From Octopus bimaculoides (lineage: Eukaryota): DNA of 64,000 bases. Both the position numbers and the translations under genes were made by a program. The stretch covers positions 132,313,248 to 132,377,247 of the forward strand of contig NC_068984.1 in assembly GCF_001194135.2 (NCBI RefSeq). The letters are read 5' to 3'. Under the pieces are notes generated by a model. It was given only the letters and a program-made list of their open reading frames with translations, was not told the origin of the DNA and did not search any database. Shown in pieces: positions 40,090 through 52,616 of this stretch. How positions within the stretch are numbered: the stretch's first letter is position 1; every line of letters starts with the position of its first letter.

Positions 40090-40700
40090 AAATGCAATTT
40101 GGAATAGTGTCGGGATAGTGTTCTCGCTTTCTTCCTAGTGTGACAGCTATAAGAGAAGTTCTTAGCTAAGAGTAAGCCACTATATGTAGAATTTGTCAAT
40201 CCTGATTCCATGCTCTGTAATCTGGTGACCTTTAAAAAAAAACTAGGTGTAGATGAATGGCTTGTGAGAGGTAAGCCATACAGAAATGAGTTCAATGAAA
40301 AATTTACCGTGAGAATAGGTGTCCATCAAAGCTCAGTTCTTAGCCCTGGTTTATTATAATTATAACCTATCTATCATAGTTAACCAGACCATAACAAAGG
40401 AGTTTAAGACTAGCTATACATGGGAACTCCTGCATTCCAATGACCTAGTTTTCATAGCTGAATCTCTTGTAGGCTTAGAGAAGACATTCCAGATGTGGAA
40501 GCCAAGCCTAGAATCAAGAGGCCTCAAAGTAGACCTAACGTAAAAGTGAGCAGGAAAGAAGAAAGATCTCTACTGCCATCTAATAAGTGGCCATGCTTGA
40601 CATGCAGCAAAACAGTAGATAGAAATTATATATCAGTACATGAGGTGTCATGGGACAGACATGAAAATCTTCACATGTGGTAAATGCACAGAAGTAATTA
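40090..40700 (+). mobile_element. Degraded RTE-clade LINE reverse-transcriptase fragment
   Basis: Frameshifted peptides: EKFLAKSKPLY, KKLGVDEWLVR, FTVRIGVHQSSVLSP, WELLHSNDLVFIAES (YADD-equivalent region), LESRGLKVDL, followed by a Cys-rich KWPCLTCSK segment. Confidence 0.75.
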
Positions 40701-40799
40701 ACAGTAAAGGTATCTATGAAATACATTCTTTCAAGTAGTTGAAGCTCCTCTCTCTCTCTCTCTGCTCATGTTAGGGTCATCTCTAGTTAGCATTCCCAG

Positions 40800-40970
40800 A
40801 GAGGTCGTTGTCTGTAGAGCTGACTAGATTCACCAGTGCCATCCCCCTCCATTACTGGTGGTCCCGTACCAGCCCCTCTGCATCCTCCAAAGTGATGTCA
40901 AGCCTCTGGAGTTCTTTCTTAATCATGTCCAGCCGTAAAAGTAACTGTCTTTGTGGTCTTGTGCCTATTT
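40800..40970 (-). mobile_element. RTE-like LINE C-terminal fragment
   Basis: Minus-strand translation GTRPQRQ..LDMIKKELQRLDITLEDAEGLVRDHQ*WR matches the RTE C-terminal GRP..W.D...DL.......A.DR..WR pattern. Confidence 0.6.
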
Positions 40971-43862
40971 TGCTTAAAAACAATATTTTTAATCAGTAGC
41001 AAACCAAACTTAATACCTTGTAGTATTTAGTCCCTTTATAGTCAGAGTTAAATCTTGTAGTAATACTGGTCAACTTTGCCATTCATCCTTCTGGGCAGGG
41101 CATCTATAAAATTACTGGGGTCAGCTTAATCAACTAAACAATCTCCCCAGTTATGTGATCTTATGCTTAAATTGCAAAGCGTTTACTATTTATCATTGGG
41201 AAATTGTATAATAGATGTAAACCCACTTCTATGATCTAATTTCTAGCTTTAGGTTATAAACAGTTCACTTGTGCTGTCACTAATAGCATTCAGAAGACAT
41301 CAAAGTTACAATTACACATCTACTTTAAAAACCTTATCTTTTCATAAGAAAAGTTTCAGTAGAGAAGGGTGAAGAACTTTGACCCTGCTTGAGTGGCTCC
41401 TTATAATTTTTGCAATTTGGAGATATATATATATATTCATTTAAATTTATGTATTGTGTATGTCTTTGTTTCTTTTTTTTTTTTTTAAATTTATCTGACA
41501 TTATTTGTGTCGGGCTAAATGCTTAACAGTATTTTTTGTGATCCGTGTATGAACATTCTGAGACTGAATCTCACCTGGACTGACTTTTACTTTTCATCAT
41601 TCTGGGACTGATGAATTAATACAAGTCTTGTACTTGGGCTGATACTGTCAATTGTCCCCATCTCCAAAATGTTATGGCTGTTTGCTAATATTTGTCAACA
41701 TTACAATAACAGAGCTTGTAGTGTGCTGGTTGACAAAAACTCTCTCTCTCCATAAACTGAATCCATGGTTCACTTTCACTTCCAAGCTGAAACGTATTTG
41801 AACACTAATATCCCTGGAAAAGATATGAATATTATGGATTCCTATTTAATCTCTTTAAACCCTCAGATTTAAGATCTTTATAAGAAACCATTCCATCACA
41901 TCATTTAACATTGACTTTTCCATGCTTGCAAGGGTCAGATGGAATTTGTTGGAGCAGATTTTCTATAGCTGAATGCCCTTCCTGTTGCCAACCCATATTT
42001 GTTATTCAAGTAGGGCAATATTTCCCCTTAGATAGACATGTTTTTCATGGAAGACTAGAAACACACAATCATGCTTGTATGACAGTGAAGCTCATTTACA
42101 ACCATCACATGATGTCCTTTGCTTCAGTCCCATTGCATGGCACTTTGCAGGCCGAACAAAGGCTTGTGAGAAGCCTCTGTATGTGTGTGTGTGTGTTTTA
42201 TCCAGCTGGAAATTTATCTCATCCTGGAAAGATTCTTCAGGAACATTCACATCTCTTATTAATTAGGACAAGGAACTTTATGGGCAAGTGAGTAGCCATT
42301 TGTTTTTCCCATTGGTGGGATTTTTTTTTTTTTTATTTCATAATTTCTACTGAAGGGTGTTTTGTTTTCACTTAGGTTTGCAGAGTTGTGAGCTTTCGAA
42401 CACACAGCAGGATGGAACCCTATCAACATTATAATGCTGCCTCTTGAATATCTCTTGTTCTGTTTACCTGTTAGTATTGAGAGTAGAAGTAAGACGAGAG
42501 ATTTCTGGGTAGGGATAGTTCCTAAATTGGCACGAAATTTGATGAGATGTTCTGTGGTTTAACGACAAAGTGAGTTTGACTGATCTCACACAGCAATGAA
42601 TAAATTGATGAAAGCGATGGGTGGGGGGACAATTTTTTTTAATGAAACAGAGAAAAACAAAAATCCCCAGCAAAAAAAGCAAAACAGTGTTGCATGACAT
42701 TTAATCTCTGCTTCCTCAAGTTGACCGATTCCTTCTCATATCCTATCTGTGTCATATGTTAACCTTTTCATGTCTTTACCAGCTTCCTTTTCACCCAAAC
42801 ACTTAATTGAAACTAGGTTATTGTTGTTGGTATAATTTATTGTCAGTTTCTTATTTTATTGTTTATATTATTATTTTTTTTTCACTTAGTCGTTGCTGCA
42901 ATCCCCCCACCCCCCTCCTCCCCTAATGTTCTTCTCAGTAAAGTTTACATACTTATTTGGTTTTCTTTGACTTTTTTAAAATTTTGATAATTTATTTGTA
43001 AGACTAGTAAGAACTAGAAAGGTTCTGTTCACATACACATATATACAAAGGTACATATTACAAAATATACTAATGTATGTATATATAAATGTAGGCACAA
43101 ACGGTTTCTGATTTAAACACAAGGCCTGCAATTTTGAGATACGAGTGACTAGTCAATATCATTGATCCAAGTACTTGGCTGGTCCTTTTATTCTCAAAGT
43201 GGGCTATACTACACCCTGGAGGAACAAAGGGGCTTGTAAAGGGTGATAGATGAATCTTTTAATGATCCTAATTTCCAGAAGTATTTTCAATTTTTATTCT
43301 GTGTACGAACAATTTGGTTATACATTAATGGTGGAAAATGTTTTGACATTCCATATTGTTAATGGTGATGAACTTGTCAGCAACAGTATTTTTAGTGTGT
43401 ATTTTTGTTGAATCATAGGAAGGGGGTGTTGAAAGAATGTTGTTTAATAGAAAGGTACAATAGTTAGGAAGACGTTTGAAAAGCACTATGCCAAACGTTG
43501 AGTCAAAAACTAAGACCAAGTTGTGATGCATCAAATATTTGCTTATAGTAGGGTGGTGCTGCGATAAGTAGCCACCCACACCAAACTAGCAGCCGGAACT
43601 AAATTATTCAAGCCTGATATTACATGTGCGCACATTAAAAATGGGGGAATCACTGAATTGCAGCAAGAGGTTGTTGAAAATGTGTTAGTGAAAGAAGAAA
43701 GGGCAATAGTTTGAGAAAAATTTGAGAAGGACTGCTATAATGAGTCTGAGCTTGTTTCATGTATACGTAAATATCTGTATATATATAATGGCATATACAG
43801 ATGCATGGATATGCAATGTTACAAATGCATGCATGTACAAGGGCACTCATAAATGAATGTAT

Positions 43863-44248
43863 GTTGTTGTTGGCACTCCGTCGTTTTACGATGTCGAGGG
43901 TTCTAGTTGATCTGATCAACGGAACAGCCTGCTCGTGAAATTAACGTGCAAGTGGCTGAGCACTCCACAGACACATGTACCCTTAACGTAGTTCTCGGGG
44001 AGATTCAGCGTGATACAGTGTGTAAAGGCTGACCCTTTGAATTACAGGCACAACAGAAACAGGAAGTAAGAGTGAGAGAAAGTTGTGGTGGAAAAGTACA
44101 GCAGGGTTCGCCAGCATCCCCTGCCGGAGCCTCGTGGAGCTTTAGGTGTTTTCACTCAATAAACACTCACAACACCCGGTCTGGGAATCGAAACCGCAAT
44201 CCTATGACCGCGAGTCCGCTGCCCTAACCACTGGGCCATTGCACCTCC
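43863..44248 (-). mobile_element. tRNA-derived SINE (head A + tail 1)
   Basis: Reverse complement of the family with a (CAA)n tail; 12-bp TSD AAATGAATGTAT (43851-62, 44249-60). Confidence 0.9.
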
Positions 44249-47200
44249 AAATGAATGTATACATAACGGTATACATAAAGGAATATATACACAATGTTGA
44301 CTCATACATGTAGACATATTTTACCCATGTACTCTCATATATATACATGTATAAACATGTATTCATAATCCGGTATGTGTACACACACGTATGTCTCTAA
44401 CTGGAAGTATGTACTGTCTATCATGTTTTCCCTGTTGTTTATGTTTGTGGAGGTAATCTCATTCAGTGTCTGCTTTAAAGCAACTCCGTTTTGGTCTATT
44501 TGAAGTCTTTGAAACTCTCAGATCTCCTGACAATCTTTCCTACAAGTTACAATTCTCAATAATAAAATCTAGGACAAATGGTGCTAGCAGACTGAACTGT
44601 GAAGAGAGCTAAGAGAATTTATGTAAGGGTATGGTAGGGCAAGGTGCTATTTTTTTTTTTTTTTCTAATTGTACTTACCAGATCCTGGGTGTATCAATTC
44701 ATTGGGGTATGTTGTTGTTGTTTAGCTACCAAAACCCAATCTAAAGTAAATTCTTCTAAAACAGTCCCCAAAGGCTTGAATGGTGGTCCATCAAATTTTG
44801 AAGCCAAGTGATGTTTGTTTAATACACACTGGATTCAGTGACAGGATCCTGTTCTCAGATTCCCTTGAAATCTTTTCCATTCCAGCCCCACTACCATTTT
44901 TTTTTTTTTTTGTTACTTATCACTGTTCAAATCAAAACAAATGAATAAGGAACACTGTCGTAGATGTGTGAATCACAGTTGAGAATATATAATCTCTCAA
45001 ATTAGCATGTATTTGTTTATTTATTGACTGCCAGTTTGTTGTGAATGAATTTACTGTTTTCATTGTGTGTAAAGTGATGCCTGTCTACATAAGTTTTCCT
45101 TGCTGTTAGCCTATATTTTATGCAACAACTCTTCTCAGATGACAATATGTCAGGGTCACCACACTTTGTTATAGCCTTTTCCATAATATATTTCTTTAAG
45201 GTTACATTTGATCTAGACCATTTGCTAATTGCATATATCTATTTTGGAATCATGCCTGTATGGAGAGGGAGTAAGATAGCTTCTAATCAATGTGAAATAA
45301 GTCAAACATTTGGGTTTTGACCAAGTGTGTTATTTCCCATTACCACTTTGTTAGTCTGTTTTTTTTTTGATCAGCTGGTGTTGGTTGTGATAAGGGTGTT
45401 GTTATAAACTTGATTGAGATAGGCATGAGTGGCCACATATCCACTTGTATTGAGGATGACTGACCTCATTATATCTTAACAGACCAAATGCCAGTACTCT
45501 CCTACCTTTTGGAAAAGAGCTTCAGATATGTTGTCTTTCAAAATCCACCATCTATTAAATTCTAAGAGGGGGGAAAATAGAAACAACAGAGTAGTTGTAT
45601 GTAGCATGAATATGATTTGGTTTAATAAGTAACCAATTATAACTGAAAGTCGTCATGTGAGAATGTCAAATTTTAGACTTTCTCATTGCAGACTGATATG
45701 TTATGTCAGCAACAATATCAACAACTGCAACATGCTTCTGTAAAATCTTTCTTTAATTTTCTTTCAATAAATAAACTTTACAGCCTTGCAGTTGTCTGAA
45801 CTGTTTTTCTTTTGTAGTGATTCTGAAAGACATGCATGCATATAAGGAAACTAAACCAACCAAATCAAATGATTGGTCAGCTCTGTTGTACATTTATTTC
45901 TGTTATTGATTCATTCAACATCACCTGGAGTGTTATTACACTCTTCTCTTTTTGCATGGCTGACAGATGTACTATTAATTGAAAATGGACTGGTTAAAGA
46001 AAATGAGAGTGCCCACTTCTAAAAGCAATTAGTTCCAACTGTTTATAAATGTCTAAATTTGTCAAAATGCCATTCCATGAAAATATCTGACAGTATTTTG
46101 ACTGGTCTGATCACCACCACAACTCTGTATTTCATCTCCCAAATCAGACATGCATGAATTAACTAGGTTGATGTCTATTGAAATATTCAACTGACAAGCA
46201 TTTAATACCTGTTGCCTGTAATCCTCAAAACACACTTCAACTGTTTTCTAAACCTGCCCCTTGCCTACCATTATGGCTGTTGTAGTTCCCATATAAATCA
46301 ATGTTGTATGTATATTACAACTTAATGCCTTTCCTAATGCTAACCACTTTACAGACTGTAAAAAACAAAAACATCCTGTACACTTTGAAAGAACTAGAAA
46401 GAACATTGAGCTATAGAAACCATTCCAAAGGAGACATTATACAACTCGATGCAGTTCTCTGGCTCACTGGATCCTGATGTGAACCATTTAATTAATGTCA
46501 ACATGGAAGATGGATGGTAGATGATGATGACAATGACAATATATTATCTAACATATTGCCAATATTGTTTTTATTTTCATTTCAAGGTTATCTCCCTTGC
46601 CTTTATCAACCAGAATTTAAGTTGTGAATTCTTTCTCTTCACCAGACATAATTTCAATTAGTCCAATTTTCTTGGTTCACCATATTATTTTATATGTTGG
46701 CAACAAATCTTTTTATTAGACTGAAAAAGCATCACAAGGTGACAGCTACAGTTAAGTTTCTCGTGACTGACTAACTTTTGAAACTTCAGTCATATACATT
46801 TAGCTGAAACGTCTGCTCAGAAGCCTCACTACATAGGAGTAAACAGTAACGAGACCTCATTAACTTCATTGATAGCAAACTGCAGATTTTCTAGAGGAAG
46901 ATGTGAAACTAAATCAGCACAGGATGCCACTTTGGAATGCCATTCTGTGGTATGCTGTTCCCACTGATGCTATAAATTCTCTTTTACTTTTTGTTTTTGT
47001 CTATTTGTTTTTATTACTCATTCTCCAAATTGTTTTTCAGTCAGAGCTGAAAAACATCCTGTTTTGAACCCATGGTTATGGTATTCTCTATATCTCTGTC
47101 ACTCTCCCTTCCATATAGTAGGCTTGTCATTTGTTTTTTATTTTATTTTCTAACTTTGCCTTTTTCTGTTATTCATTTCTGAGCTAACTGTTACCTAATA

Positions 47201-48393
47201 GTGTATGTAAAAAAAAACAAAAACAAAAAAAAAATCTTCTGAAAACTAAAGAGCTTTTAAGGATTGCAGCTTATTTCTGGTTTTATGGTGGTGAGCAGAT
47301 GAATAAATATACTCTTGGATAAGACATTAGTCTATTGCATGTAACCTTTCCAAATGATCTCATTGCTTCTTGGATGCTAAGAAAACTAAAGTGCTTCAGA
47401 TAAGGGATTTCCTCCAGTAACACAGCTAAAAACACAAATGGTGAGTTTTAAATTCTGAACCTGTAAGTAGGTAGTCTACTATCTTATCTGTTTGGCTATC
47501 ACACTTTTGATTTCTGCCTTAGTGTATATGTGACGTGGGAATGAATTTTTTTAATGTTTATGTTTTTGTCAAACATTTAAGCAACCTAACTGAAGTATTT
47601 TCTATTGAAGATAGAAACCTGTTTGCAAACTTTGGTTAGAAAATAAAGTTACAGTCCAACACCTGTAGTAATAATAGTTTTTTCCATATAGGCATGAAGT
47701 CTGAGGTTTTTAATGGAGGGGAGAACTGAAGTCGTGATAGCCATCATTTTCCTGAATATGTTATAACTTTAAGTGAAACAGTAGATACTGACTAGCAGTA
47801 TTCCATTAACCAAACATATTACATCAGATAATGGTAATATTTATCTGTTGTTTATTTACAGATATCACAAAAGCAAACACTGCCATGTTAAAATTATTAT
47901 TGGCTTCAAATGTTCTCCTGTTCTTTGCATTGAAATCCAATTTAGAGGTGGTGGTGGTGGTGGTGGTGGTTCAAAGAGTCAAGAGTAATATTATCTTAAT
48001 ATCCTGTTGACTTAGCCCTGGAGGGCTTGTTTCTTGTTCACCAAAGACTGGAAAATATAAAAACCATCCATTTAATTCTGCTTGAGCTGTAGAACTGTTG
48101 GGTATGCACTGTAATATAAAGGCATTACTTAAAAGAAGGATTCAAGAACCCAGAACGTCCTTCTACCATATATCTCATCCATGCTTGTACTATATAACTG
48201 TCTCTGCATATGTATGTGTTACTTTCCATATCTAGGTGCAGGCATGACTGTGTGGTTAGGAAGCTTGCTTCCCAAGCATATGGCACCTTGGGCATGTCTT
48301 CTACTAGAGTCTCAGAGCAGATCAAAGCCTTTTGAGTGAATTTGGTAGCCAAAAACTGAAAGGAGCCTGTCATATATATATATATATATATAT

Positions 48394-48740
48394 ACTCTTT
48401 TACTTGTTTCAGTCATTTGACTGTGGCCATGCTGGAGCACCACCTTTAGTCGAGCAAATAGACTCCAGGACTTATTCTTTGTAAGCCTAGCACTTATTCT
48501 ATCGGTCTCTTTTGCCGACCCGCTAAGTTATGGGGATGTAAACACACCAGCATTGGTTGTCAAGCGATGTTGGGGGACAAACACAGACACACAAACATAT
48601 ACACACACATGCATACATACGACGAGCTTCTTTCAGTTTCTGTCTACCAAATCCATTCACAAGCCTTTGGTCGGCCTGAGGCTATAGTAAAAGACACTTG
48701 CCCAAGGTGCCAAGCAGTGGGACTGAACCTGGAACCACTC
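48394..48740 (-). mobile_element. SINE family C copy (5' part truncated)
   Basis: Begins at the tail TACTCTTTTACTTGTTTCAGTC and extends to GGGACTGAACC. Confidence 0.85.
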
Positions 48741-49216
48741 TTGTGCCTATATATATTTGTGTGTGTTCACATGTACCCTTGTCTAGACCTCATGTGATGG
48801 TTGTAAATCATTATCAATGTGATGCAAGTAAGTTTATCTTCTATGAAAAAACAAGTCTGCCCATGGGGAAATATCACCTTGCTTGGAAAACAGCTAAGGG
48901 TTGGTGACAGGAAAAGCCTCTAGTTGTAAGAAAATCAGCCTCAGCGAATTCTGACTGACCTATGCAAGCATGGAAAAATAGACATTAAATGATGAATCTA
49001 TATCAGAAACACTGTATATCCACAGTGTATCTATATTTAATGTCTTACTATTGTGAGTTTAAATTCTGATAGAATCAAGATTTGTTGCATCCAGGATCAG
49101 GGAAGCAGGAGTAGGTTGCTAAGCAGAATATCATTTTGTGCTATGATTTTCACATTACTTTCTTCACTGAGAATTTCAGTAGTTTTTCAGACTTGAACTT
49201 TTTTATATTGAACACT

Positions 49217-49250
<34 letters not shown>

Positions 49251-49933
49251 ATGTTGCTTCACTTGATCTTGCCATGGTTGAGTGGATGTCTCATGATAAA
49301 TGTTACTTACTTTCTGCTGCTGCTGCTGCTGGACAAACTTCATTAACTAGAACAATTTCATGGAACCCTTTACAAAGATGTAAACAGGGTTTGGGGTTCA
49401 TGCTTTAAGTCAGTAATGTTAAGTCAAACCAGCTCCAGAAGACTTAAGATCAAAGACCTGCCATTCCATGACTATCACATCTGTTTCTTTTTAAAGGACA
49501 GTGTATCTGGAGCTTGATTATCTAATGTGTCCTTCCTCTTTTCATGATGGAATTTAAGGGAAATTTGAACAGTTACATAGAAGTTCCTTTGTTGGTTTGT
49601 ATCTCTTATATTAAGATTTGCATGTGACCACCATCATTAAACTGGCATATATTTTGACCCTTCGTTTATTGAAATTATGTCTACCACATGTAGTGCTGAT
49701 AGTGACCTTTCTTATTAATGGAGTTGTTTCGCTTTGCCTCAAGGTCACCATTTTCTTATATTCCTACATTCTCATGTTAGCTATTTGAATGTTTCTATTG
49801 GTAGAAAGTCAGTCTGTTTATCTGGTACCACTTGGAAAAAAACAACACTGACAGTATTGTTTGGTGTTCAATGGTAGTGGTAGTGGTGGTGTTTTGGTAA
49901 TTGTCAGAGAATTTCAGATATTTTCAGGATTGG

Positions 49934-49965
<32 letters not shown>

Positions 49966-50287
49966 TTTTTTTTTTGCTTCTAAACATTGAGTAAAAGAAA
50001 CTACCTTGTCTCTGTTGATTCCAGGTTTCATAGTCATTCCTTCTTTTGTCACCATCACATTTAATCTAAATTCCTTTGATTACACCGTTCTGACTGTAAT
50101 CTGTGAAATTGCCACCAATTCTGATACTTAGTTCTTTCAGTGTTTCCTACTATAAGGAAATATATTAAGTGTACAGGGAGTAGAACCAGGTGTTTCTGAA
50201 TTCATGATGTCAGGATTTGTCACTGAACTTCTGGTTAAGAGTTGTCTCTTAAGTAGGGCTCCTCAACTCTCCTCAGTTAGACATTGG

Positions 50288-50625
50288 AGGTGCAAGCATA
50301 GCTGTGTGGTTAAGAAGCTTACTTTGCAACCATGTGGTCTCAGGTTCAGTCTCACTGCATGGCACCTTGGGCCAGTGTCTTCTACTATAGCCCTGGGCCA
50401 ACCAATACCTTGTGAGTGAACTTGATAGATGGAAACTGTATGGAGGTCTTCATGTGTTTGTGTCTGTGTGTGTGTGTGCCTGTTTCCCACCCCACTGCAT
50501 GTTAGCCAGTGTTGGTTTGTTTATGTTCCCAGAACTTAGTGGTTCAGCAAAAGAGGACAGTAGAATAAGTATCAGACTTAAAAAGGAGAAATAAGTCCTA
50601 GGGTCGCAGTCCAATGACTAAAATA
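50288..50625 (+). mobile_element. SINE family C copy
   Basis: GGAGGTGCAAGCATAGCTGTGTGGTTAAGAAGC head through the CAATGACTAAAATAAG tail. Confidence 0.8.
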
Positions 50626-50889
50626 AGTTAAAGCTGAAACATAAAGATTTGTATCTTACCCTCGTCTCTGTCAATAAAGCACCAATCTTAAGCGCTCGTA
50701 GTTCATATCCTGCCATTGGTACCAAAGCATCTATAGCCTGTCCATTTATTTCTTTACATCCTTGTTCACATAACTGTAAGTAGGTATCATAGAAGGTGAA
50801 ATTCTAACATAATGCTCTAAATAACAGCTGTATTATAAAAATGAGAAACCCACTAGCATCTAGTTCAGTATTTTGAGTTCTGTATGTAT

Positions 50890-51575
50890 ATTTGTCACTT
50901 CTTTCAGTCATTGAATTGCAGCCATGCAGTTGAAGGATTTTAATTGGACAATTCAACTCCAGTTTTATTTTTGTTTTTTAAAGTCTGGTACTTATTCCAT
51001 TAGTCTCTTTAGTTGAACCACTAAATCACAGGAATGTGAACAAATCAATACCAGAGTAAAGATTATTTGCCAACATAACATGGCAGTCCTGGTTTAGGAC
51101 AAATGTTGCTATAATTTAGCCCCAGGAGACATCATCTCCAGCTGGCTATACAACACGATCTGTGTCCTTATATTTTCAAACAAGGACAGATCGTGTCGTA
51201 TAGCCAGCTGGAGACGATGTCTCCTGGGGTTAAATTACAGCAACATTCATCCTAAACCAGGACTGCCATGTTATGTTGGCAAATAATCTTTCCTCTAGAG
51301 TACTGTTGCTGAATATCTCTCATTGGGAGATTTACAAATAGTAATTTTCTTAATCAATACCAGTTGTCAAGCGATGGGTTATAAACTCAAACATGTACAT
51401 ACACACACACACACATGTATAAAATGGGTTTCTTTCAGTGTCTACTTACCAAATCCACTCATAAGGCTTTGGTTGGTCCAGAATATAGTAGACACTTGCT
51501 CAAGGTGCCATGCAGTGGGACTGAACCCAAAATCAGGTGGCTGGGAAGAAAACTTTTTACCACACAGCCATTATG
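50890..51575 (-). mobile_element. SINE family C copy hosting the palindromic insertion 51055-51351
   Basis: SINE homology resumes on both sides of the 12-bp direct repeat AATCAATACCAG. Confidence 0.75.
51053..51296. repeat. Long near-perfect inverted repeat (117/115-bp arms, 12-nt loop)
   Basis: 51053-51169 versus the reverse complement of 51182-51296: 7 mismatches and one 2-nt indel. Confidence 0.95.
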
Positions 51576-51677
51576 TAAAAGAGATAAAATGAATGTTTTA
51601 ACAAATTAAATTTTTCTGTCTATTTTCTTATGCTGTATTATATTTGGAGGGATTATCAGTACAGTAACTGATTGAGT

Positions 51678-52002
51678 GTGGAGGCGCAATGGCCCAGTGG
51701 TTAGGGCAGTGGACTCAGTCGGAGGATCGCGGTTTCGATTCCCAGACAGGGCGTTGTGTGTGTTTATTGAGCGTAAACACCTAAAGCTCCATGAGGCTCA
51801 AGCATGTGGGGGGCGACCCCTGTTGTACTCTTTTGCACCAACTTTCTCTCACTCTTTCTTCTTGTTTCTTGAGTACTGCTGCGATGGACTGGTGTCCCAT
51901 CCAGCTTGGGGGGGGGGACACATACGCCATAGAAACCGGGAAACCGGGCCTATGAGCCTGGCTAGGCTTTAAAAGGGCACATAAAAAAAGAAAAAAAAAA
52001 AG
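51678..52002 (+). mobile_element. tRNA-derived SINE (head A + tail 2, poly-A)
   Basis: Same head as 27134, then TGCGATGGACTGGTGTCCCATCCAG...ATACGCCATAGAAACCGGGAAAC and an A-rich tail; 10-bp TSD CTGATTGAGT (51668-77, 52003-12). Confidence 0.88.
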
Positions 52003-52554
52003 CTGATTGAGTCATTTGTATACAGATTGGCATTTACTATTCAATTTGAAAAAATTCTAATTTCTGTGTCTTCAAAATTTCTAGCTAAATGTTGTTTCTA
52101 TTTACAGGTTTAGTTTGTCTTGGAAGTTGTCAAGCTAGACGTTTCGGCATTTTTGTATTGCACTTTAAAATAATTTTGAAACGTGCTCATTAACAAAATG
52201 GAACTAAGCAATACTTACTATCAGTGAATGAATGTTCTGTGATATTTTACACCTGTCTGTAATGATATATATATATGTGTGTGTGTATACATGATACCTT
52301 CTAGGCTATCATTCTTTTCTTCTACATTCATGTTCATGTACTTTTAATACTTGCGTCTACACTTTTGTCAATATTGCTTGTTAATTTCCCCCTCCAAGTT
52401 GAGTATCCTATTCTTTCTACTATAGGCACAAGGCCTGAAATTTTGTACAGTGGGACGGAACCCAAGACCACATGGTTGGGAAGCAAGCTTCTTAACCACA
52501 CAGCCACGCTTATGCCTCACCACTGATTACTTTTTTCATTTCCATCTTTTACAG

Positions 52555-52616
52555 GTGTATCACATAGACCAATGTAATGTTTACCACTTGGAGATCAGCT
52601 GACAGGCTGCTGCAGG
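52555..52616 (+). other. 5'-UTR part of the start-codon exon, containing two upstream ATGs
   Basis: Lies between the acceptor and the main ATG. ATG-TAA at 52572-77 and a second ATG at 52577-79. Confidence 0.7.

Noticed and set aside
43325-43579. 84-aa minus-strand ORF as a retroelement or gene fragment (also 498-779 and 9800-10096)
   Set aside because: They feel like decayed retroelement sequence, but I could not identify a diagnostic motif; a profile search is needed.
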